This document shows positions 10,634-20,832 of a stretch of DNA of 64,000 bases, piece by piece (position 1 is the first letter of the stretch; each line of letters starts with the position of its first letter). The stretch is from Planctomycetota bacterium (lineage in GTDB: Bacteria; Planctomycetota; UBA8108; SXIK01): positions 1,920,001 through 1,984,000 of the forward strand of contig CBDCXR010000004.1 in NCBI GenBank assembly GCA_965223845.1, in the 5' to 3' direction. Both the position numbers and the translations under genes were made by a program. The notes under the pieces are model-generated. The model saw nothing but the letters and a program-made list of their open reading frames with translations, made no database searches and was not told the origin of the DNA.

Positions 10634-11044
10634 ATGAACCGCATGAAGATCTACAAACTGACCCTCGCTGCCCTTCTCGGCACGTCGTGCTTCGTCGTCG
10701 TCGAGGCCGACGACGACGAGTCGTACTGGGAGCCTAGCGTCCAGAGCGGTGATACGGACGGCAACGGCAAGATCAACCTGACCGACGTCGTTTTTCTGGC
10801 CAATCACCTCTTTGCCGGGGGACCGGCGCCGGCGATTCCGACTTGCGCCGACCCTTTGATCCCTAGCAGCGGCTCCAGCGGCGATGTCGACGGCAGCGGG
10901 ACGCTCAACATCACCGACGTCGTTCACCTCGCCGAGTACCTCTTCAGCGGCGGAAGGGAACCGGTCGAGATCTTCTGCCTCGACGACTCGTGGTGGGACG
11001 ACGACTGGTGGTGGGGCGACGACTGGTGGTGGGACTGTTGTTGA
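10634..11044 (+). CDS. Small secreted dockerin-like protein with Trp/Asp-rich C-terminus
   Basis: GGAGG RBS; signal peptide; two EF-hand-like dockerin repeats GDTDGNGKINLTD / GDVDGSGTLNITD; tail DDSWWDDDWWWGDDWWWDCC. Confidence 0.85.
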   Translation: MNRMKIYKLTLAALLGTSCFVVVEADDDESYWEPSVQSGDTDGNGKINLTDVVFLANHLFAGGPAPAIPTCADPLIPSSGSSGDVDGSGTLNITDVVHLAEYLFSGGREPVEIFCLDDSWWDDDWWWGDDWWWDCC

Positions 11045-11439
11045 ACTCCGTCTTTTTCACCGGCCGCACGCGAGCGATCGGTCGTCCCCGATCGATCCCG
11101 CTGAGCGCCCGGTGAAGCGCCGTCACCGCTCTCGGCGGTCGGCGCCGGTCGATACGAAATCGACTGGCGCCGACCGAACTTCGTTTGGTGGGTGGGGCTC
11201 CGGTCGATATCCCGAATCTCGGGAATTCTCAAAAACGGCTGGTACATCCTCCCGCGCCGTCTACTGAGACTCCGACGGCATACATAGAAAGAACCTCCGT
11301 TTTCGGCCGACAGGGTCGGCCGGTGACCGGGTTCGCTTCGAAGGGCCGTGTGGAACGGTTCGACGTTTGTCGACGGGAATACCGTTCGTAGGCCCGCCGG
11401 ACCTCGGGCTTCGGCTTCGTCAGCATCCGGAGATTTGGA

Positions 11440-12291
11440 ATGAAGTCCACCCGGAAAGGCAAACGGATCGCTCTTGCCGCGGGACTCATCGTCGCCTTGC
11501 TCGCTGCGTCGATCGGGTTCATCTTCCGCGCTGAGATTCGCACCTGGTACGTGCTCTTCCCGCACTTCGAGAGCCTGGGCAGGAACGCACAGGGTCTGGC
11601 CGAGTACCGGCATCGGAAGTCCGACATTGTGATGGTCAGCCTGCCGGGAGGTCGGTTTGTGATGGGGGCCCACGAGGAGGATAAGTTTCAGCGCGAGGAA
11701 AACGAGACGCCGCTCCACGAGGTCACCCTGAGTCCGTTCATAATCGCGAAGTTCGAGGTGACACAGGAGCAGTGGTCGGCGGTGATGGGAACTAGCCCGT
11801 CGAAGTTAAAGGGGGACAAACTGCCGGTGGAACAAGTCTCGTGGAACGACTGCAAAGCGTTTTGCGAGAAAGTGGGATTGGCTCTGCCCACCGAAGCAGA
11901 GTGGGAGTATGCGTGCCGCGCCGGGACGACGACGAGCTACTCGACTGGCGATTCGAAGAAAGATCTTTCCCGCGTCGGCTGGCACGCCGCGAACAGCGGC
12001 GACCGCCCGCACACCGTCGGCGAGAAACCGGCGAACCCCTGGGGACTACACGACATGCACGGTAACAGCGGGGAATGGTGCGAAGATCTCTGGGACAAGG
12101 ACTTCTACGGGAAACCGGAGGCCAGCGGCAAAGACCCTCTCTGCCGTAGGGGTTATGGGCATCGGGTCATTCGCGGCGGTACGTGGGGCTCCGATGGCTT
12201 CTACTCCCGCTCGGCGTACCGCTTCAAGCTCGCGCCGACGGAACAGTCCAGTTCGATCTCGTTCCGTCCCGTCTGGCGTCATCCAGAGTAG
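11440..12291 (+). CDS. FGE-sulfatase (SUMF1)/CLec-fold domain protein
   Basis: FxMG, FEVTQEQW, PVEQVSW, LPTEAEWEYACRAG, NPWGLHDMHGN, RGGTW motifs; N-terminal TM segment. Confidence 0.93.
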   Translation: MKSTRKGKRIALAAGLIVALLAASIGFIFRAEIRTWYVLFPHFESLGRNAQGLAEYRHRKSDIVMVSLPGGRFVMGAHEEDKFQREENETPLHEVTLSPFIIAKFEVTQEQWSAVMGTSPSKLKGDKLPVEQVSWNDCKAFCEKVGLALPTEAEWEYACRAGTTTSYSTGDSKKDLSRVGWHAANSGDRPHTVGEKPANPWGLHDMHGNSGEWCEDLWDKDFYGKPEASGKDPLCRRGYGHRVIRGGTWGSDGFYSRSAYRFKLAPTEQSSSISFRPVWRHPE

Positions 12292-12547
12292 GAGCGATCG
12301 CTGACGATGGATTGGGATTGCTGGAAATGTTCGCGAAATCGAGTTCTTTTTGGGGACTTCATCGGAAGCCGACTTCGGAAATGGAGCCACCGGGGCTAGT
12401 TCGAGTGCCTGACCAGACGGGATGAAGTCAACGGCGGGCGCCGAGGACGGGGCTTCTCGCGAGTGCGGACTCTTTACAAAACGCGCAAAGCGAAAAGAAC
12501 ACTTGGCTCTGGTGTGGCCAGGAATTCAGGCCTTGAAGAGAGCTCGA

Positions 12548-13780
12548 ATGAACGGCGGAATCCGAATCGCTTCATTGCTTGTGCTGATCGGTCTGGCTCT
12601 CATCGGGTGCGCCACAATCGGCGAAGAGACCAAGCGAGCGGCGCGTGAGGCGGTCCTTGCGGTGCGTCCCGACGTTGACTTGGCGGAGGTCGACATCGGC
12701 GTGCTCAGCTTTTGGAACGACCCTCGTCACGCGCTGTCCCGGCTCGACACCGACCTCGCGCGTCACCGGCGAGAGATCTACGAGGAGGCCATCGGCGTCC
12801 TCGCCCGCGCCAAGCTTCTGGATGATGCCGACCTTGCGAAACTCGATGAGTACTTTGTCGAGATCGACGTCGTCGGGCACTCCGGCTTGACGATAATGGC
12901 GTTGGGATCGATCTATCTTCACCCGGACCGCGCCGACGACGTTTCAACACTGGGTCACGAGCTCGCCCATGTGGCCACGCATAGAAAGGGCTACAGTGAC
13001 AACCGGAACGAGCGATACTTCTTACGCCCTGGCGGTAATCCCGATCCACGTTTCTTCGACCTGGACGCGTTCCTTGCCGACAAGATCCTCTGCGAGTCGG
13101 ACGCCGAGATCACCGAACGGATTGCAATGGCCTACCGCAAGGGCCACGACGCGGCGGTAGATGCGTTCTGGAGACAGACGTTTCCAGCGGACCCGCCGGA
13201 CGTCACGGGCCCTGCGGAGGTCGTGTACTCCGAAGGAACTCGCGTGCTGAAGGCAGGAGAGACGATGCACCTCCCTCGCAATCTGTTGGGTTCGTTCCAG
13301 ACGATCGCCTACCATGGCTCCCTCGCTCTAGTCCAGGCGAGACACCGCGACGGCGAACCGCTCGAGCAGACTCTCGCCCGCACGTGGTCGGACTATTCCT
13401 ACCAAACGAAGGAGGTCCTCTTCCCTCGCCAGGAGACGTCGCGGAGCCGCTTGGCCCCGGTGGCACGCCATCTCGCCGGTGAGGCGACGGGCGCGCTGCG
13501 CGCCGGAGCGTTCCTCGTCTGGGAGTTGCTGAAGAACCGAAGCGGCCTCGAGCGCGACGAGGCGACTGCGCTTACATCGAAGCTCGAGGACGACCTGATC
13601 GTGCGCACTAGAAAGACCGACTTCTGCTGGGTCACGGTCTGGGCTGACGAGGACGCTGCGAGGCAGTTCGCAGAGCTGTACCGTGAGATTCTCGGCGAAG
13701 GTAGCGTCGTCGCCGACAGCCGCCGGACGGTCGCCACGGTCGGTGATGCGGTGTACGAACGAAACTTGTTCGAAGACTGA
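12548..13780 (+). CDS. Lipoprotein with HExxH zinc-metallopeptidase-like motif
   Basis: LIGC lipobox; TLGHELAHV with downstream E (CESDAE). Confidence 0.7.
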   Translation: MNGGIRIASLLVLIGLALIGCATIGEETKRAAREAVLAVRPDVDLAEVDIGVLSFWNDPRHALSRLDTDLARHRREIYEEAIGVLARAKLLDDADLAKLDEYFVEIDVVGHSGLTIMALGSIYLHPDRADDVSTLGHELAHVATHRKGYSDNRNERYFLRPGGNPDPRFFDLDAFLADKILCESDAEITERIAMAYRKGHDAAVDAFWRQTFPADPPDVTGPAEVVYSEGTRVLKAGETMHLPRNLLGSFQTIAYHGSLALVQARHRDGEPLEQTLARTWSDYSYQTKEVLFPRQETSRSRLAPVARHLAGEATGALRAGAFLVWELLKNRSGLERDEATALTSKLEDDLIVRTRKTDFCWVTVWADEDAARQFAELYREILGEGSVVADSRRTVATVGDAVYERNLFED

Positions 13781-14129
13781 CGTCGGCAGCAACTCTTTCC
13801 GCAAGGCGTCGTCTGCGAAAAGGTCCCTCCGCCACAAGACCGTCTGCCTTCGGGACGGGGTACGACCAGTCCCGAACAATCAGAGACAGAGAGCGAGAAA
13901 ACGGCCGAAACCGGACCGAAGCACGCGCGTCCAGCGCCGCCCCGGTTCCGAACTCCGCATCCGTCCCGCAGCGCGCGAATCCCCCAAGCCCTCCCCAGAG
14001 CTCTCGACCCACCCCCTCCGCCGAGTGGGTCGCAAGCACCCGACCCGGCGGACGGAAAGGAGAAGCTCAGCGTTGGCGCGCAGCAAGAGGGGCCAGTGGT
14101 ACCGAAAGTTCCATGAGGCCCAAAGACGG

Positions 14130-14651
14130 CTACGGCGCACTTTCGTCTGGCGGCACCGGGCGCCGAGTGGTTCGTCCGGAGACGTCCTCGACTTCTTCGT
14201 ATAGTGGTGGTTCTGAGCCTACGGGCGAGCTTCGTTGCAGAACGAACACGACCTTAGCTGCCTCTTCGCTGGAACCCTTTGCCCTCGCGTCTGAAGACTC
14301 GTTCAGAGAAATCCGTAGAATGTCGCCATCGAGAGCGTAGACACCCTGCAAGTGTGAGTTCGGTGCGACAAAGTCAATCCACTGCGATCTGTGTTTGTCG
14401 GTATGGTACGCGAATTCCATGAGAACCGTTCCCGTTCCTCCCGTGAGAAAGACCTTCTCTTTCCTGAAGACCACCCCGGTGATTTCCTCCTGGCTGGGCC
14501 GTCCTCGCTCCTTGACGGAAATGACCTTCCATTCGCCATGAAGGTCTTTGACGTCTGTCTTGTCGCGAAGGACGAGCAGAAGCACCAACAGTAGCAGGAC
14601 AACGACCCCACCCAGTACGACGGCGCACGTTCTTGGTTTCAATCGTTCCAT
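14130..14651 (-). CDS. TIGR03067-like planctomycete domain protein, membrane anchored
   Basis: LHGEWKVIS...IDF...GVYALDGDILRI pattern; N-terminal TM segment. Confidence 0.8.
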   Translation of the reverse strand: MERLKPRTCAVVLGGVVVLLLLVLLLVLRDKTDVKDLHGEWKVISVKERGRPSQEEITGVVFRKEKVFLTGGTGTVLMEFAYHTDKHRSQWIDFVAPNSHLQGVYALDGDILRISLNESSDARAKGSSEEAAKVVFVLQRSSPVGSEPPLYEEVEDVSGRTTRRPVPPDESAP

Positions 14652-14767
14652 TGCTGAGCCCTGTTCCTTCGGTTTCCTGGCGCTTGACTCTGCCCCATGA
14701 AATGTCGTCTGGAACGGTCAGTTGAACTTTCTGACTTTCGTGCGTGAATGGGAAGGTTTCGACGAGG

Positions 14768-14801
14768 TCGTGGGCTCGCGTAAGGGGTTGCGAGCCCACG
14801 A
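14768..14801. repeat. 12-bp perfect inverted repeat (hairpin)
   Basis: TCGTGGGCTCGC-gtaaggggtt-GCGAGCCCACGA. Confidence 0.7.
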
Positions 14802-14969
14802 GTCCTTCACCGAGCAACGAATTTGGGAAAGTTGCCGCCCCGACCGGAACCAGAAGGCGCCCCATGACACCTTCGGTACCACTGGGCCGAGAGGAACCGC
14901 AGACTTCGCGTTCGAAGCAAATCGTCACTTGTTCTGACGAACGGCCCAACAATCGGCGCGAACGCGCCT

Positions 14970-15332
14970 TCACTCTTTCCCGCCAAGAAGTCCGCGCAGC
15001 ATTCCGAGCACTTCCGTGCGCACCTCGGGGGAGAGGGCCGGCCACCGCCGGTAGAGCTTCGTGACGAGCTGGTCGAGCTCGTCAGTGGGGCCCACGAGGA
15101 TTCGCTTCCGGCTCGGTCCGCTCTCGCGCCGAAAGCGTCCGCCCTCGTTCCACTCGGAACAGAGGGGTTGCTCCCGTCCCGCGCCGAGCGTCTCCGGCGC
15201 GGTGACACCCGGATTCCTGTTCGTTCCGGAACAGCCAACCGCCGAGTCGCAAGTGACTACGTAGGAGAGGGGTTGTGTTGGTGAAGCAGTCGCGACCCGA
15301 TCCGAAATCGTCTCTGGGCCTAACCCGTTCAT
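14970..15332 (-). other. Short ORF or remnant, possibly the tail of a mobile-element gene
   Basis: C-term DELDQLV..RWPALSPEVRTEVLGML recalls tails seen next to planctomycete integrases (from memory, weak). Confidence 0.3.
15279..15316 (+). repeat. 38-bp direct repeat, copy 1 (copy 2 at 20833-20870)
   Basis: TGGTGAAGCaGTCGCGACCCGatcCGAAATCGTCTCTG vs TGGTGAAGCgGTCGCGACCCGggtCGAAATCGTCTCTG, 34/38 identical. Confidence 0.8.
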
Positions 15333-15422
15333 GGCGCCCTAGTTAGCCCTCCTGCCGCCCATCGGCGGCACCTATGAATTCCCTTCGGGTGGAAGCCAGC
15401 GCAACCCCATGCTAAAATTGGC

Positions 15423-15800
15423 ATGATGGACGAACACGCCAAACCTCTCTTCTGGTCGGATCGACTCTCGGCGACCTGCGCGAGTTCCCCGAGGACGTTC
15501 GAAACACGTTCGGATACGCCCTCTATCTCGCGCAGCGAGGAGACAAGCATCCGGACGCTTAGGGGATTCTCCGGTGCCGGCGTTTTGGAGGTTGTCGAGG
15601 ACTACCAAGGCGACACGTATCGCGCGATCTATACCGTCCGATTCCGCGGGAGAGTCTACGCGCTTCACGCTTTTCAAAAGAAATCGAAACGAGGAATCAA
15701 GACCCCGAAACAAGACATCGATCGCGTCAAGGAACGACTGCGGTGGGCCGCCGAGCTCCACCAGGCGTGGATGAAAGAACAGGAGGGACGTGATGACTGA
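15423..15800 (+). pseudogene. higB: RelE/HigB (Gp49-like) toxin with two compensating frameshifts
   Basis: KPLFW start and GFSGAGVLEVVEDYQGDTYRAIYTVRF..VYALHAFQKKS are in frame, but the canonical VGS..DLREFPEDVR..FGYALYLAQRGDKHPDA lies in a shifted frame at 15455-15559. Confidence 0.85.
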
Positions 15801-16119
15801 CAAGCGAATCAGCGAAAGCAGCGGCAACGTATTCGAAGATCTCGAACTCACCGAGCCGGGGACGGCACTAGTCAAAGCTGAGCTAGCACGGCGTATCAGC
15901 GGCCTCCTTGAGGAGCGTGGCCTCAATCAGTCCGAAGCCGCCGAGATCCTCGGCATCGATCAGCCGAAGGTTTCTACACTCGTTCGCGGAAAACTCGCCG
16001 GCTTCTCTACCGACCGACTACTCAAGTTCCTCGTCGCGCTCGACTGCGACGTCGAAATCGCGGTTCGTCCGTCCACCCACGACACCTGCGGTATCCGGGT
16101 ACTCGCAGAGAACGGCTGA
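15793..16119 (+). CDS. higA: XRE-family HTH antitoxin (HigA-like)
   Basis: SSGNVFEDL...LNQSEAAEILGIDQPKVSTL..GKLAGFSTDRL; directly downstream of the toxin. Confidence 0.9.
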   Translation: MTDKRISESSGNVFEDLELTEPGTALVKAELARRISGLLEERGLNQSEAAEILGIDQPKVSTLVRGKLAGFSTDRLLKFLVALDCDVEIAVRPSTHDTCGIRVLAENG

Positions 16120-16418
16120 CAAGCCTCACCTCCGAGGTTTCATGCAAACGTTTCCGCTCTCGTCCCTCGTTCATTTCGTGACACGGTACAGGCAACGATC
16201 CACTAGCGAGGCAGACCGACAAAACGATGCGAGGACTGGCAGGCTCGGCTTCTTGGTCTCGCGGGTTTGACTCGATCTGGTTTGGCGACCGAACTTCATG
16301 AGAAAAACTCGTGACGCCTTGCGCAAAGTGGTGGATCTTCGCTTTCCGGAGTTCGGAGAGTGCGACGAATTGTCAGACGTTGTCGCAAATCTGGCGGAAG
16401 TCGATGCGCATGTCGGTC

Positions 16419-16543
16419 TCTACACTCGTTCGCGGAAAGCTCGCCGGCTTCTCTACTGACCGACTACTCAAGTTCCTCGTCGCGCTCGACTGCGACGTCG
16501 AGATCGCGGTTCGTCCGTCCAACCGCGACACGAGCGGCATCCT
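16419..16543 (+). pseudogene. Duplicated 3' half of the antitoxin gene
   Basis: Near-identical to 15973-16097 (STLVRGKLAGFSTDRLLKFLVALDCDVEIAVRPS). Confidence 0.9.
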
Positions 16544-16664
16544 CGAGGCGAGTTCCGTGAGGTAAGAGGGTGGATTAGCGCTCGGCGCGGATCTATCCTC
16601 TTACGTCTCTTTCAACGACTGGTGATTCGCTTCTGTTGAGACCCTGTTTCGAATAGGTCACCGC

Positions 16665-18320
16665 ATGCACCTCCTCCTCCGTTTCGCTGTGTTTGTCGTC
16701 CTCGGCGTGATCCTTACACCATGGTCGAACGCGACTCCTTCGGCCGAGACTGAGCTGACCGCCGCGGCGAAGTCTACTGCGAGCAGCAAACGTCCCAACA
16801 TCGTCTTCTTCTTCAGTGACGACCTCACGACGCAGGCGATCTCGGCGTACCGGTACGGCATGGAGTTGCCGCCGACGCCGAACATCGATCGGTTGGCCGA
16901 GCAGGGCATGCTGTTTGAGAACAGCTTCTGCGGCAACAGTATCTGCACGCCGTCGCGCGGAACGGTCATGACCGGACTGCATAGCCACAAGAACGGCATC
17001 GTGCACCTCGGCGGCGCGCTCGATCCGAATCGTCCTTCGTGGCCCAAAGCGCTCAAGAGAAGCGGATATACGACAGCCGTGTTCGGCAAGTGGCACATGA
17101 AGACCAAGCCCAGCGGATTCGACGCTTGGGAGGTCTTTAGCGGCCAAGGCAACTACTACAATCCCGACCTCTACGGACCCGACGGCCAGCGCCGCATCCA
17201 AGGTCACTCGACGGACGTGGTGACCGATCTCGCTCTCGAATGGCTCGACAAGCGCGACAAGTCGAAGCCGTTCGCGCTTATGGTTCAGCACAAGGCTCCG
17301 CACCGCAATTGGAAGCCGAGCCCGACAGAGCTGGAACGCTTCAAGGGCACGGTGTTTCCCGAACCGCCGACACTGTTCGACGAGTACGAAGGCCGGGCGG
17401 CAGCCGCGAACCACAAGATGGGCATCGCCGATCACATGCGTCTGGCGGCCGATTTGATGGTGTTCAAGGACGAGGCGGACGCACAGAACGTGCTCGGTCG
17501 CCTGACTCCCGATCAGCGTGCCGCCTACGTCGCGGCATTCGCCGAAGAGAACAAGAAGTACCTAGAGAATCCTCCGACCGGAAAAGAGCGCGTGCGGTGG
17601 AACTATCAGCGCTACATGCGGATCTATCTGAGCTGCGTCGCCGGTGTCGACCGCAACGTCGGACGTGTGCTCGACCGCATCGATGGACTCGGCCTGACCG
17701 GCGATACCATCGTCGTCTACTGTGCCGACCAAGGATTCTATCTCGGCGAGCACGGCTGGTACGACAAGCGCTGGGCGTACGAAGAGTCGATGCGCATGCC
17801 ATTCATCGTCCGCTGGCCGGGCAAGGTCAAAGCTGGCAGCCGCGCAACGGCCATGATCCAGAACATCGACTACGCACCGACGTTTCTCGAAGCAGCAGGC
17901 GTGAAAGCTGACTGGGAGATGCACGGTATCAGCCTGATGCCGATTCTCACTTCGGGCGGTGCCACCCCGCCGAACTGGCGCGACACGCTCTACTATCGCT
18001 ACATCGACCGCGGACACGGAGTCGCGCGCCACAGCGCGATCCGCACGAGTGAATTCAAGCTGCTCTACTTCGATGCGCCGCGCACCGCCGCCGAAGAAGC
18101 GAGCCGCTGGGAACTCTTCGACCTGACGAAAGACCCTCAGGAGATGGTCAACCTCGCCGGTGACCCCAAGTTCGCGGACAAGCTCGCGTCGATGAAGAAG
18201 CGCTACCAGAAGACAAAGACGTTCTATGACGACACCGACGAGAGCGTCTGGGGCGGCCGGGGAGAGCGGTATCGCGACGAGGACTACATCCGGCCGCCGC
18301 GGCAGAGGCGGCGGCCTTAG
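16665..18320 (+). CDS. Secreted Cys-type sulfatase (N-acetylglucosamine-6-sulfatase-like)
   Basis: PNIVFFFSDD, CTPSR, GKWH, HKAPH, DQGFYLGEHGWYDKR, ELFDL..DP.E. Confidence 0.95.
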   Translation: MHLLLRFAVFVVLGVILTPWSNATPSAETELTAAAKSTASSKRPNIVFFFSDDLTTQAISAYRYGMELPPTPNIDRLAEQGMLFENSFCGNSICTPSRGTVMTGLHSHKNGIVHLGGALDPNRPSWPKALKRSGYTTAVFGKWHMKTKPSGFDAWEVFSGQGNYYNPDLYGPDGQRRIQGHSTDVVTDLALEWLDKRDKSKPFALMVQHKAPHRNWKPSPTELERFKGTVFPEPPTLFDEYEGRAAAANHKMGIADHMRLAADLMVFKDEADAQNVLGRLTPDQRAAYVAAFAEENKKYLENPPTGKERVRWNYQRYMRIYLSCVAGVDRNVGRVLDRIDGLGLTGDTIVVYCADQGFYLGEHGWYDKRWAYEESMRMPFIVRWPGKVKAGSRATAMIQNIDYAPTFLEAAGVKADWEMHGISLMPILTSGGATPPNWRDTLYYRYIDRGHGVARHSAIRTSEFKLLYFDAPRTAAEEASRWELFDLTKDPQEMVNLAGDPKFADKLASMKKRYQKTKTFYDDTDESVWGGRGERYRDEDYIRPPRQRRRP

Positions 18321-18448
18321 CGCTATCGGCAGAGGCTCGTCCGACGAGGCCGCTTCAAGCAGCGGCGACAAAGTGTGGAATTCCCTGCTGCACCGCTCGA
18401 CGTCCTCTGCAGAATCCGCCGACGACTCAACCGACTCGGAGCAAAAAC

Positions 18449-19375
18449 GTGCGCAAGACAGCTCAACTTTTCTCGTTTGCCGCTCTTCTGGCTCTGTCTG
18501 GATGCAGCATCGGGGGCGGCGTCCGCGCCGAACGCGAACTTGAGCTGCGCCGGGATCTCGGGACGTTCGAGACGTTGGAAGTGCGCACACAAAACGGTCG
18601 CGTCGAAGTCCAAGGCGACAGCGAAACAGGCGAAGTGGTGGCGAGCGTCGTCAAGCACGCGCGCGGTAAGGATCAGGAATCTGCAGATGCGCACGTCGAG
18701 CAGGTGAGTGTCGAGTGGGCGTCGAAATCCAAACACCCGGACGTTCTCCAACTCGCGGTTCAGATTCCGGAGGCCATCAAACGTTACAGCCCGGGAGCGC
18801 ATGTCACCCTGCGAGTGCCGGCGAGGGTCGCACTGGTCTTACGGTCGAGCAACGGCAGTATCAAAACGTACGGCATTCTCGGCGATGTCGACCTGAGGAC
18901 ATCGAATGGTAAGGTCGAAGCGCGTGGAATCGAGGGTACGGTCGTCGTCAGAACGTCGAACGGTGCGGTGGAGCTCGGGAATGTCACCGGAAATCTGGTC
19001 GACGTCCAAACGTCCAACGGCAAGGTCGAGGCGTACAGCATCGGCGCGGCTAGCTCTCGCGTAAGAACCGCCAATGGCTCGATCGAGTTCGTCGCCGAAC
19101 AGCTTCCGGAAGGCTCCGGCCTCGACATGAAGACGTCCAACGGGTCGGTGAGCGTCCAGCTTCCTACGATCGAGCACGGCGAAATCGCGCTTAGGACATC
19201 GAACGGCCGCGTGAAGGTCGATCTCGGCGGTGTGCGAGCCGAGGTGCAGACCAAGAAGAAGAGCCGCTACGAAGCTCGAATTGGGAGCGGTGGCCCTCCG
19301 ATACGCGTCGAGACGTCGAACGGCGGGATCACGTTCGAGTCGACCGGGCTTCGTCGGGCGGTCACTTCTGAGTAA
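18449..19375 (+). CDS. DUF4097-type beta-strand-repeat lipoprotein
   Basis: LSGC lipobox; many TSNG.V repeats. Confidence 0.88.
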   Translation: MRKTAQLFSFAALLALSGCSIGGGVRAERELELRRDLGTFETLEVRTQNGRVEVQGDSETGEVVASVVKHARGKDQESADAHVEQVSVEWASKSKHPDVLQLAVQIPEAIKRYSPGAHVTLRVPARVALVLRSSNGSIKTYGILGDVDLRTSNGKVEARGIEGTVVVRTSNGAVELGNVTGNLVDVQTSNGKVEAYSIGAASSRVRTANGSIEFVAEQLPEGSGLDMKTSNGSVSVQLPTIEHGEIALRTSNGRVKVDLGGVRAEVQTKKKSRYEARIGSGGPPIRVETSNGGITFESTGLRRAVTSE

Positions 19376-19590
19376 CCCCAGCTCCGACGCCGCAAAGCAC
19401 ACCTTGGACGGGGACTGTGTCGAGTCGCACGGCACGCCTGTCGAGACGGTCTGCGAGCCCGTGTCGACTTCCACGTACAAGGGCGACATGAGCAAAGCGC
19501 TCTTGCGCGACGGAGGATCAGATGCTCTACGCCCACGTTCGGCTTGGGTCGACCGAGGGACTCGCGGCGCCTCGAGCCGTCGAACTTCTG

Positions 19591-19740
19591 CGTCCCCCGG
19601 TCAAGACTCCAGTTCGCGCGAGTGGCTCCACTTTCGAGCTCGGCCCTCCGATTGATCGCGTGGTCAGCGGTTGTGACCGCAACATCATCGCTCGCAGACA
19701 ATCCGAGGGCGAGAGCGAGATGGACTGGAAGCAGCTCAGG
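19591..19740 (+). mobile_element. Left-end remnant of rve-type IS (5' leader plus MDWKQL start)
   Basis: Strong similarity to 22750-22880 (GTGGCTCCACTT..GCGGTTGTGACCGCAACATCATCGCTC..GAGAGCGAGATGGACTGG) and to the MDWKKL start at 29065. Confidence 0.75.
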
Positions 19741-20057
19741 CTGCGCCTGACCTCTGGCCTTTCACGCCGAATGCTTGCTTCGCGTCGGTCGCTTCGAGAT
19801 CCAGTTCGCCCGGGAGCTTCTGAACCTTGAATCCGCTGGTAGTCGGGAAGGGAGCAGATGAGCGAGAGTTCGAGAGGCTCCCTCCTCCAGCGCCACCTGA
19901 GTTCGTCGCTCGGGATGAGCACGAGCCGACCGACGAGCTCAGAAGACGCTGGAGACGAAGACGACGTTCGACAGAATCCGTGCGGAAAGATACGCTACGC
20001 GCTGCGGTCAAGCGCCAGCGACGCCCGTCAACCCCGGCGACTTTGGAAGGAGGTGCG

Positions 20058-20450
20058 ATGGCAGACCAACCAGAGTTCAAGGCAGCATTTCCCTACCAGA
20101 AAGACGTTCTCGCTCTTCCGGTCACCGACCTCGACGCCGCGTCCACATGGTACGCAGAACACTTCGGAATGGTCGAAGTCGAGCGACGTGAGGAGCCCGT
20201 ACCGGCGGTACTTTTGGAGCGGGACGGCACGCGAGTCGGCTTCGCGTTGACCGGCGGGGATCCGGCTCAGGACGGCGCGGCGATTCTCGTCTCGGGCATC
20301 GAAGAAATGAAGGGCGAGCTCGAAGCGAGAGGCGTGAAGGTCGGAAACTGGCGTGTCGAAGAACGGGACGGGAAGAGACTACAGGTGTTCTTTGTCGTCG
20401 CTCCCGATGGGCTTTGCTACTACTTCCACGAGCCGATACAGGATGCGTAG
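20058..20450 (+). CDS. VOC/glyoxalase family protein
   Basis: AGGAGG RBS; LPVTDLDAA..WY..HFG; FFVVAPDGLCYYF. Confidence 0.88.
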   Translation: MADQPEFKAAFPYQKDVLALPVTDLDAASTWYAEHFGMVEVERREEPVPAVLLERDGTRVGFALTGGDPAQDGAAILVSGIEEMKGELEARGVKVGNWRVEERDGKRLQVFFVVAPDGLCYYFHEPIQDA

Positions 20451-20832
20451 GCGCTGCAATCTTGGCTCGTCGAGGTGAACCCCTGACGGAAACGCTCCTC
20501 AGCGAGTCCCCGAGGAGAGGGTGGAACGAGGCGATCATCGCCACAGAATCGCGCGATGAACCGGGACATGCTTCGTTCGTCAGTTCGCTTGTTCTGGTGA
20601 AGACTGCTCCGGTCACTCCGACGGATCATTCCTGCAGGCCAAATAGAAGAGTCAGCTCTGCACCCGTCGCTGCAGTCGCTGTTCGGAAAGCCCGAGTCGC
20701 CACCGACGATCGTCCCCTTCTATGCGAAGTTTAGCGCCGGGCGCTCCCGCCGAACCCTTTCACTAGTCGCAATTTCGCAAATCCGATCGCGAGCACCCGT
20801 CTCGGTGAGAGAGAGTCCGTTTTCGAGCAGGG

